The translations under genes and the position numbers were made by a program. DNA of 64,000 bases from Verrucomicrobiota bacterium (lineage in GTDB: Bacteria; Verrucomicrobiota; Verrucomicrobiia; Palsa-1439): positions 9,147 to 73,146 of the forward strand of contig JBAXYB010000001.1 in assembly GCA_037127585.1 (NCBI GenBank). The letters run 5' to 3'. Under the pieces are notes generated by a model that was not told where the DNA came from, did not search any database, and worked only from the letters and a program-made list of their open reading frames with translations. Positions 49,926 through 57,976 of the stretch are shown in pieces (within the stretch, counting starts at the first letter, position 1; each line of letters starts with the position of its first letter).

Positions 49926-50843
49926 ATGATGGAGTTCTTCAACACTCTCAACGCCTGGGTCGCCAACGGCGCCGACTGGATTTTCGGTTGGATTCTCTAC
50001 CTGCCACGCGACCTGCAATTGTTCGCCGTCGCGCTGTTCACTTCCGCCGCGCTCAACATTGCGCGCAAACTGCGCACCAAGGACCAGGAGTGGCTGCACC
50101 GCTCCGTGGCTGACGTGAGCCGCCAGAACGCGTTGATCAAGGAAGCAAAGAAGCGCGGCGACAAGGAGTCCGTGAATCGGCACAAGGACACCATCAACCT
50201 GATCAAAATGAAGACAATGCGCTTCGAAGGAAAACCGTTGCTGTGGGCATTGCTGCCGGTTGGACTGATCGCCACCTGGGCCTTCATGCGCGTTGCCTAC
50301 CTGCCGCCGCGTCTCAACGAGCCGGTCACTGTGAACGCCTACGTGGCGCGCACCGACATCGGCAAGACCGCGCACCTGGTGCCGGAACCCGGAATCGAAG
50401 CTGTGGACGGCTGGGTCCAACCGGTGGTGGAGGACAAGGTTCTTCCAATGACCGGTATCTGGGACCAGATCGGCGTCTGGATCGGCGATCACCTCCGCGG
50501 CATCCTCCACGGGAAATTGGCAGGCGTGCCGGCGCCGCCGCCCAACCTCGAAGGGGTGGTGACGTGGCACGTGATCGCCCACGATGCGAACCCGCACACG
50601 CTGAAAGTCCGCTACGCCGGACACACCTTCGAAATATCGTTTGTCGCCGGCCGACATCAGTACGAGGATCCGGTCAAGACCTTCAAAGATGCGTCGGTGC
50701 AGACCCTGGAAGTGATGTTGAAGCCGATGCGCCTCTTTGACTTCGTGGGCGATCTCTGGTTCCTCCCAGCGTGGATGACTGCCTACCTGATGATCTGTAT
50801 CGCGTTCTTCTACATCTTTCGGGGCGTTCTCAATATTGCGTAG
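49926..50843 (+). CDS. DUF106/EMC3/TMCO1-like (Oxa1 superfamily) membrane protein
   Basis: TM1, charged coiled coil (KEAKKRGDKE), KPLLWALLP TM2, soluble insert, then a C-terminal TM (AWMTAYLMICIAFFYIFRGVLNIA). Confidence 0.65.
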   Translation: MMEFFNTLNAWVANGADWIFGWILYLPRDLQLFAVALFTSAALNIARKLRTKDQEWLHRSVADVSRQNALIKEAKKRGDKESVNRHKDTINLIKMKTMRFEGKPLLWALLPVGLIATWAFMRVAYLPPRLNEPVTVNAYVARTDIGKTAHLVPEPGIEAVDGWVQPVVEDKVLPMTGIWDQIGVWIGDHLRGILHGKLAGVPAPPPNLEGVVTWHVIAHDANPHTLKVRYAGHTFEISFVAGRHQYEDPVKTFKDASVQTLEVMLKPMRLFDFVGDLWFLPAWMTAYLMICIAFFYIFRGVLNIA

Positions 50844-51000
50844 GTTCTCCAGAACCAAGAGACAACGGCATGCGAATACTCGCTTGGTTGCTGGATCACA
50901 TGGGGGGGGTGGGGGGGCGCAACACACGGAACGTCAGTGATGCGTCGGCGGTTCCGGGAGCACGTTCGTGGGCCGAGACGCTGTCGCGAGAGTCAGAGAC

Positions 51001-51434
51001 ATGAACAATCCCATCGGCATCACCGTGGTCATCACGCTCCTGATTCTGTCCCCCAATATCCTGCAGGCGGAAAGCCACCAGCCGCCCATGCGACAGCGGA
51101 TCGTGGGCGCGACAGCAGAGAATCCAACAAATGTCCCAACCGCTTCAGCCGCTGCGCTGAAACGAGTCCACGCCTTCATCAGCGGCAAGGTGCAAGGGGT
51201 CGGTTTTCGTGATTTCACCGCCCGGCAGGTCGCCACGCGCAAACTGTTGGTGACAGGTTGATCCGGAATTTGGCGGACGGTCGAGTGGAACTGGTCGCTG
51301 AAGGACCGGCTGCCGACCTCGAGAAACTCCTGGCGGAGGTGGCGAAGGGTCCTACCGGTTCCCGGGTGGACAAGGTGGAGCGGCGGGAAGAGGATTGTAC
51401 CGGCGAGTTCAAGGGATTTGCGGTGCGAAACTGA
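51001..51434 (+). pseudogene. acyP: Acylphosphatase with an N-terminal signal-like extension, frameshifted
   Basis: RVHAFISGKVQGVGFR; after a 1-nt loss at ~51260 it continues IRNLADGRVELVAEG...KGPTGSRVDKV...GEFKGFAVRN. Confidence 0.8.
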
Positions 51435-51579
51435 TCTGGGCCCCTCGGTGCACAAAAAACGGATGTTGATCTTCACCACGCGGCTCACGGCGCACGTTCT
51501 TGAGCGGGCAAGAATGTCCTTACGGAGTCAGAAGTTTGGGCTTGGGATGCGAAATCGCAGGCTGGTGTACCCTGTTCGC

Positions 51580-51837
51580 GATGATAAAAGGACGGCCCTG
51601 CAACTCAAGGCCTTGTGGACGTCAATGTTCGTGGAGATTCGGAAGCGGATGGAAAAGCGTGGTCTGGACAAGACCATGATGCTGGGGATGGTGTCCGACC
51701 TCTGGCCGGACAAAGAGCAAGTGACTTTCTGGAAGGAGGTGTCGGGGGAAATGCCGTGGGCGATCAGTGCGCACGGCTGCCCGACCGGCAATGGTATCGT
51801 TCAAGTGCAGCCACAGTTCTCCTGGGATGGCAGGTGA
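51580..51837 (+). pseudogene. Probable internal fragment of a GH123/DUF6067-like gene
   Basis: LWTSMFVEIRKRMEKRGLDKTMMLGMVSDLWPDKEQVTFWKEVSGEMPWAISAHG. Confidence 0.4.
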
Positions 51838-51921
51838 CCGCGAGTTGATAGTGGAATAATGAGGATCATTTGAAAAGCAGGGCCGGAGAGCTGTTGGCTG
51901 GCACGACTGGTTCGCCATTAT

Positions 51922-52503
51922 TCATAAGGTCGTCAGCCATATCAACTGCGTTTCATCCGGCAGTTCAGCATACGCAAAGCGATCCATGCTACGAAGGATG
52001 CAACCCTGGGCCGCATAGAACCGGCATGCCGGAACGTTGATGTTTTGAGTTTCAGCCAACAAAATTCGGCACCCTTGCTTCTCTGCCCATTCGGTGGCTG
52101 CAGTAAACAGCTTCGATCCAATGCCGTGACCTCGGTGGCGCGGATGGACGCGAATATCCCAGAGAACAGCGATGTCGTCTCTTCCTTCAAGCATCTCCAG
52201 TCCTGCTGTCTTGTAGGCCAAAACGCATCCCCCAACTCGTCGACCTGCGGTAACCGCTGACATCACTCCCCAATTAGCGATGTTCCATTTACTCGCCCAT
52301 CGAGTTGGCCCTTCCCCCTTCAGGGCATCATAGTCTTTCGTGAATGGCGCATCGAGTTTGCGTTCCACAAGAGATATTCCACCCAGTCCGGAATCCTGAA
52401 GTTGAACGTCAAACACGCTGAGAACGTCATAGCGGATAGGAATCTCGCCATACGCTTCCAAGATACTGAGCGGTTCCTCCACGATCTTGCAGTCAAAAGT
52501 CAT
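51922..52503 (-). CDS. GNAT acetyltransferase (streptothricin-acetyltransferase-like)
   Basis: LWDIRVHPRHRGHGIGSKL, AETQNINVPACRFYAAQG. Confidence 0.85.
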   Translation of the reverse strand: MTFDCKIVEEPLSILEAYGEIPIRYDVLSVFDVQLQDSGLGGISLVERKLDAPFTKDYDALKGEGPTRWASKWNIANWGVMSAVTAGRRVGGCVLAYKTAGLEMLEGRDDIAVLWDIRVHPRHRGHGIGSKLFTAATEWAEKQGCRILLAETQNINVPACRFYAAQGCILRSMDRFAYAELPDETQLIWLTTL

Positions 52504-52509
52504 GATTCT

Positions 52510-52771
52510 CTTCTGGCGAACATTGGCCATAAGGCCTTGCACAAGATCGCGGATCTCGGCTATGGGGCCAACGTCTACAGCATCAGTTATAATGTCAACC
52601 CGGATAAGGGCCGGAAGAAATGTCCCGCGCGTCTTTTCTCCCCCAACCATACCACTGATGTATGATGAAGGGAAGAAAGGCCAGGCGCAATTCGTCATCG
52701 GCTGGCAGGACCGGGAGAAGAAGCTCTTTGAGCTTGCAGGCGAAGTTGCGGTCAAACTCAACTTTAAGTAG
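52510..52771 (+). pseudogene. Further probable GH123/DUF6067-like fragments, including a C-terminus
   Basis: KIADLGYGANVYSISYNVNPDKGR, then FVIGWQDREKKLFELAGEVAVKL* in another frame. Confidence 0.35.
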
Positions 52772-53114
52772 CACAAAGAAAAGAGGCGGTTATCAGACGG
52801 AGATCATGAAGCGCGCTTGGGACACGCAGGAGGCCATCGCGATCAAGCGCATCCTTACGGATTTCCGCGCGGGGGTGGCGCCGGCCAAGATGGAAAGCGG
52901 CACGAAGATGGGTTTCTTTTCACCCTAAAAGACGATGGGAAATTTTTTTGGAGACATTCACGCCTCTGCCCCAACCCTTGGGCGACTTCTTGACGACGCC
53001 CATCGACTGGGGCATGCTGCGATTTGCCGAGGGGACAGAATGATCCGGTGAGACAGGTAACGGCGGTCAACCGCTCCGTACCGGGTGAAAGAAAATCACA
53101 AGCAAGAAAAGGAC

Positions 53115-53900
53115 ATGACAATGCAGACGACGACGATTCATCCCCTGTTGAAACTGCCGCGGCTGACCCAGCAGCAGGTTGAGCGATATCATCAAGAAGG
53201 TTACGTCCTGACGGGGCGGATCATCGACGATGCCACACTGGAAATGTTGCGACGGGAAGAAGCGCGGTTTCGCGGGACGCTAGGGCCGGGAGAACTGACG
53301 GTGTTTCGCAACCAGCTCTGTCACCACTCCGCCGTGATTCGCGAGGTGGCGACGCGCGGGGCACACTTGGATTGGGTCGAGCAACTGGTCGGGCCGAATG
53401 TTTGTCTCTGGTTCAACCAGTACGTCACCAAGATGCCGGACGCCCACAGCGGCAAAAGTGAGTTTCCCTGGCATCAGGACAACGGCTACAGCGTGATTGA
53501 TCCGGCCACCAACGTGACGATCTGGATCGCGTTGGATGATGTGGATGAGCAGAACGGCTGCGTCTGGGTGGTGCCGGGCAGCCACCAACGCGGGTTGTTG
53601 CCCCATCGGGCGAAGAATGCAGACAGTTGGCATCTCAGCGTGACCGTGGAGGGTGACGGCGTGCCGGCGCGGATGAAAGCGGGCGAAGCGGTGGTCTTCA
53701 GCGGCCTCACCTTGCACCGGTCCAAGTTGAACCACACCGACCGTCCGCGGCGGGCTTTTTTCTTGGAGTACACCGACGCGATCAGCACGTACTCGAAGAA
53801 TGACGGCACGCGGCATCCGGTCGCCGTGGGGGGTCATTCATGGGTGGTGCGCGGGGCGATTGCCTGGCCGTCACCGTTGGCGTTGCCGATCTGCCGGTAA
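53115..53900 (+). CDS. Phytanoyl-CoA dioxygenase (PhyH) family Fe(II)/2-oxoglutarate oxygenase
   Basis: PWHQDNGY, WIALDD...NGCVWVVPGSH, TLHRS..N. Confidence 0.9.
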   Translation: MTMQTTTIHPLLKLPRLTQQQVERYHQEGYVLTGRIIDDATLEMLRREEARFRGTLGPGELTVFRNQLCHHSAVIREVATRGAHLDWVEQLVGPNVCLWFNQYVTKMPDAHSGKSEFPWHQDNGYSVIDPATNVTIWIALDDVDEQNGCVWVVPGSHQRGLLPHRAKNADSWHLSVTVEGDGVPARMKAGEAVVFSGLTLHRSKLNHTDRPRRAFFLEYTDAISTYSKNDGTRHPVAVGGHSWVVRGAIAWPSPLALPICR

Positions 53901-53943
53901 TCCATGGATGGCAGATTGATGAACAAAGATTGGGGCGGAAACA

Positions 53944-55017
53944 ATGGGAAAACTAATTGAAGAACGCAAGGCCCGCTGGACTGATTTTTATGACCTGAGC
54001 CAGAAGCCAAGTCAGATGTTTCTGATCCGGGTCCCGGAAACAGTACCGGAACAGGTTGTGCCGATGCCCGACCGGAAAATGGAGCGCATTGAATGGGCGT
54101 GGAATCAGTACCGGAGACAAAGGGAGAAAGCGGCCTGGCTGGATGATGACGCGATTCCCTATCTGCATGTGCATACCGGCACGGAGATTTTTGCGGCGGC
54201 CTTCGGGAGTCCGGTTCACCAGGTTGGCAAGGACATGCCGTGTGCGTTACCGTTTATCACCGACGCCTCCCAGGTGTCGAAGATAAAAGTCCCCGATCTT
54301 GATACTCCCTGCTTAAGAATCATCTTTGAGATTGCCGACGAACTGAAGAAGCGCGCCGGGCCGGACGCGATCTTGAGGATGGTGGATGTTCAGAGCCCGA
54401 TGGGGATTGCTTCCTCGATGTGGGCGAAAGACTCATTCTTTCTCGCGATCACCGATCAACCCGAGGCGGTCAAAGAGCTGGCCGCCAAAGTGAATCAGTT
54501 GATCGTTACTTTTCTTGAGGAATGGTTTCAGCGCTACGGGGCCGGTTTTGTCGCGCACTATCCGGATTACTACATGCCGAAGGGAATTACGCTGTCGGAA
54601 GATGAGATTGGCTGTGTGGGGCCGGAGGTATTCCACGATCTGTTTCGTCCGGAACTGGCCAAATTATCGCAGCATTTCGGGGGGATTGGTTTGCACTGCT
54701 GTGCCAACGCCCGGCATCAGTGGGCCGGTTTGAAGAGCATCCCGGGGTTGAAACTCCTGAATCTGAATCAATCAGAGGAGGTCTTGCGTGAGGCCTATTC
54801 TTTCTTTGGCGCCAACGTGCCGCAAATGCATATTCCGTGTGTGGGCACCTATCCGCTAACCTGGAAGGACCACCTTGACGGGCGCGTTGTGTTGGAGGTG
54901 CCGGTGGAGTCCAAGGAACAAGCGATAGATCTGGCCGCCCAGATCAGGAAGAAAGTAAGCGTCAGCCAGGACTTTCAATTACCCACAAGTTGTGAGCGGG
55001 AAAAGAATTGTAAGTAG
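53944..55017 (+). CDS. Uroporphyrinogen decarboxylase/cobalamin methyltransferase (URO-D) superfamily protein; last codons lie inside IS4
   Basis: TGTEIFAAAFG, DVQSPMGIAS, LSEDEIG, LHCCANARHQW. Confidence 0.7.
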   Translation: MGKLIEERKARWTDFYDLSQKPSQMFLIRVPETVPEQVVPMPDRKMERIEWAWNQYRRQREKAAWLDDDAIPYLHVHTGTEIFAAAFGSPVHQVGKDMPCALPFITDASQVSKIKVPDLDTPCLRIIFEIADELKKRAGPDAILRMVDVQSPMGIASSMWAKDSFFLAITDQPEAVKELAAKVNQLIVTFLEEWFQRYGAGFVAHYPDYYMPKGITLSEDEIGCVGPEVFHDLFRPELAKLSQHFGGIGLHCCANARHQWAGLKSIPGLKLLNLNQSEEVLREAYSFFGANVPQMHIPCVGTYPLTWKDHLDGRVVLEVPVESKEQAIDLAAQIRKKVSVSQDFQLPTSCEREKNCK

Positions 55018-56063
55018 GCCGGGCGCAAGGATATATTTTGATTCCGGTTTGGTCGCGGTTGTAGTTCAGCATAGGTATGCGAATCAAGAAAGCCCCCCCA
55101 CGCCAACAGAAACTGCAATTCACTCGCCTGCCCAGACATGGACTGATCATGAAGTGGGCGGCGGCCATTTTAACGATGTGCGGTTGGCCAGGCGTTTCAG
55201 TAAACTGATGCGAATGATGTCCAATGGCATTGGCGAAAGCGTCCCTTCTGCCTGTCAGGACTGGGCCAATACCAAAGCGGCGTATCGCTTCTTCGCCAAT
55301 GAGAATGTGAGCGAAGAGCACATCTTGTGTCGATCGGTTGGCCGAAGATGGCGACCACACAATTGCCGAACGGATGCGCCAGGCAAAAGTTAAAGGGGTG
55401 CACCGTATTCAGGCTTGGAGCAAGACGGGCGAGCTTTATGAAGCGGACTTGGAAATCAAGTATGAGTCCCTGCAGGTTCTTCCTCCCATCGGCAAACAGA
55501 AAGACTATCCGCAACTGTCGCTTACGGTCATTCACGCCACCGAACGTGGAAGACCGAGGGGGCGGGAAAAGATTGTCTGGAAGTTGATCACGAACCTCCC
55601 GGTGGACTCTCGCTCGTCGGCCATCGAGAAACTGAAGTGGTATGCCCGGCGGTGGAAGATCGAACTGTTCCACAAAATCCTGAAGTCCGGCTGCAAAGCC
55701 GAGGAGTCCAAATTGCGAAGCTCAGAAAGATTGGCGAACTTGATCTCGATCTTCTGCATTATCGGCTGGCGAATCTTCTGGATGACAATACTGAACCGAA
55801 CGGAGCCCAACCAGTCTCCCGCCATCGCTCTGACCGCAACCGAAGTATGTCTGCTGGATGAACTGGTCAAAGCCAAACCGTGCCGCTCGCACTCCAAGAA
55901 AACAATCTCACGCTACCTCATCAAAATCGCGCGCCTCGGTGGCTATCTCGCCCGCGCCTCTGATCCTCCTCCCGGGAACATGGTCATGTGGCGAGGCATG
56001 TCCCGACTTAATGACATTTAACTGGGATTCTCATAGGGCGCCCAACTTGGGGGTAATTGAAAG
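54972..56063 (+). mobile_element. IS4-family (IS50/Tn5-like) element with an internally deleted transposase
   Basis: IRs CTTTCAATTACCCACAAGTT (54972) and AACTTGGGGGTAATTGAAAG (56044-56063), 19/20 match; CQDWANTKAAYRFF, YARRWKIELFHKILKSGCKAE, LGGYLARASDPPPG; central part missing; no target duplication. Confidence 0.9.
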
Positions 56064-57598
56064 CACTGATCCAGAGCCGCGCCCGTCTCGTCTCCCCTCA
56101 CCTGTGGGCCCTCCGGGAACACGAGATCGGCCCCGCTCTGCCGCAGCGCGTCCCACACCGGCCGGGCGATGAACCGCGCGCCGTCGAGGTGGATCCGCGC
56201 GTATTGTTTCAGTCGCGCGGGTCGCTGAAGAATGGTGTCATCGAGCACGACATCAACTGCCCTGCCCTGACGGCGCAGTTTCTGGAAACAGGCCTTCGCT
56301 GTTTCCAACACTGCGCCGGGCTGTTCCTCCCACTCGCGGAACCTTCGCAGGTAGCTGTCCCATTTGCCCACGTACACGGCGTCGGCTGCCACCGGAATCG
56401 TGAACTCGCCCTGCTTCGCGGCGGCGGCGTGCTGGAACATCCCCGCCGCCACGCCCCGCTCATAGTCACGGAGCTCAGACCAATTGGCATGGCAGACGTA
56501 ATCAGCCCCGTGCTCGTAACACCAGCGCGTCTGATCGGCGTAGAGCGTCGAAAGCTGCGGCTCGCAATGCAGTCGGCGGTACATGTCCGGGCCATCGAGT
56601 TCGACGGCCACTTTCTTCCCACCCGCCCGCGCAATGGCCATTTCCCAGGCGTAGTCGTCGGTCGGCGCGGGATCGACGAAAATCCACTCGCAGTTCTCGG
56701 CCCAGTGGAAGGCGCTGATCGCGCCGCGCAGCATCCCGACCGGACAGACGATGCGGCCCACCTGCGGCCCATACTCGGCCCGGGCATCGCCGGCCTTGAG
56801 GGCGTCGTGCAGGGCGTCGAAGAAACGGCGCCCGGCCCACTCGCGATACTTCATAAAGTCCACATACCGGGCGTCCGGCCGGTCGCCCCTCATCGTTTCC
56901 CCGGGCCGCCAGGCGATGGATACGTCATTCCACGTCGCGTACTGCGTCAACCACGCCGCGTTGAGTTTATCGAGCGACGGGTAGACGGCCTGCAGATAGG
57001 TGCGGAACTGCCGCTGCGCCGCCGGCGAATAATCGGTCCAGATTGTGCCGTGATATTCTGATTCAAAGGAACAGGCGAAGGCGCTGCAATAAAAAAGGTT
57101 CGGCAGACCGCGGCAATGCTCGGCCACCTGGCGGTAAAAGCCCTGCAAACCGGCGATGGTTTGCGGGTCAGCAAAACCGTGAAAGGGCGAAGAGATCACG
57201 CCGGGCCACTCGCCCTGCACTAGGTTTCCGTCCGCGTCGCACAGGAGCGCGTCACGATTCGCCATCGCCCATGCCGGCATCATCCGCGAGTTCAATTTCA
57301 GTTGCAGGGTCAGTCCCGCGTCCACGATGACGTCGAGATAGGCATCGTATCCGGTGAAATCGTACGTCCCGCGCTGCGCTTCGATGTCGGCCCACGACAG
57401 GTCGAGGCTGATGTTGTTGTACCCCAGGCGCCGATGCAGGTGCACATATTTCTTCCACGTCGCCAGTCCCCCGCACCACGCGCGACTCCAGGACCGGATC
57501 GTGTAGCCATGCGCCCGGCCCGCGCCGGGGTACTGCGGAGCGGCCAATTCACCGGTTTTCAAATAATCATAGATGGTCTGGTTTGTCTCGGAACTCAT
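56018..57598 (-). CDS. GH42/GH14-like glycoside hydrolase (beta-galactosidase-like); 3' end runs into IS4
   Basis: LSWADIEAQRGTYDF, DYSPAAQRQFRTYL..YPSLDKLNAAW. Confidence 0.7.
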   Translation of the reverse strand: MSSETNQTIYDYLKTGELAAPQYPGAGRAHGYTIRSWSRAWCGGLATWKKYVHLHRRLGYNNISLDLSWADIEAQRGTYDFTGYDAYLDVIVDAGLTLQLKLNSRMMPAWAMANRDALLCDADGNLVQGEWPGVISSPFHGFADPQTIAGLQGFYRQVAEHCRGLPNLFYCSAFACSFESEYHGTIWTDYSPAAQRQFRTYLQAVYPSLDKLNAAWLTQYATWNDVSIAWRPGETMRGDRPDARYVDFMKYREWAGRRFFDALHDALKAGDARAEYGPQVGRIVCPVGMLRGAISAFHWAENCEWIFVDPAPTDDYAWEMAIARAGGKKVAVELDGPDMYRRLHCEPQLSTLYADQTRWCYEHGADYVCHANWSELRDYERGVAAGMFQHAAAAKQGEFTIPVAADAVYVGKWDSYLRRFREWEEQPGAVLETAKACFQKLRRQGRAVDVVLDDTILQRPARLKQYARIHLDGARFIARPVWDALRQSGADLVFPEGPQVRGDETGAALDQCFQLPPSWAPYENPS

Positions 57599-57976
57599 GG
57601 AATCGGTTCTCCGTGAACGCGGTTATAGCTCGCACCGCACTTTGGCGGCAACGCTAGAGGCACACGCCTGTTCGATTTTGTTCCTGGTCAACGGATCAGG
57701 AGCATTCGTCCGTCACGGCTGGGTGTCTCCAGCCGGCTCCGTGATTGCAAACGTCACCGGTTCCGTCTTGACGTGGCTTGTCCAGAAGGCGACATCCATC
57801 TTACGCACCGGACCTTCCTGCAGATCTCCTTTTCTGATTGTTTTGCTTGCAGGGTGCGTCACCGCACCGGCGGTATGGTTCCCGGCAACCATATTACCCG
57901 GCGCGGTGAAACTGCCGGAGAACGCCCTGTAATCGTTGCACTTCCGCGTGGCTTGGCGGCTTTCTGACCGTTCAAA

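Noticed and set aside
47651-49966. Long antisense ORFs (771 aa here; also 61090-63126, 44811-46163, 39587-40867, 62858-63976)
   Set aside because: They are shadows of GC-rich coding genes on the opposite strand and have no recognisable motifs
50902-50917. G8-T-G7 tract (and the C run near 41689) as a phase-variation or G-quadruplex element
   Set aside because: Intergenic and not clearly within a promoter; no supporting evidence
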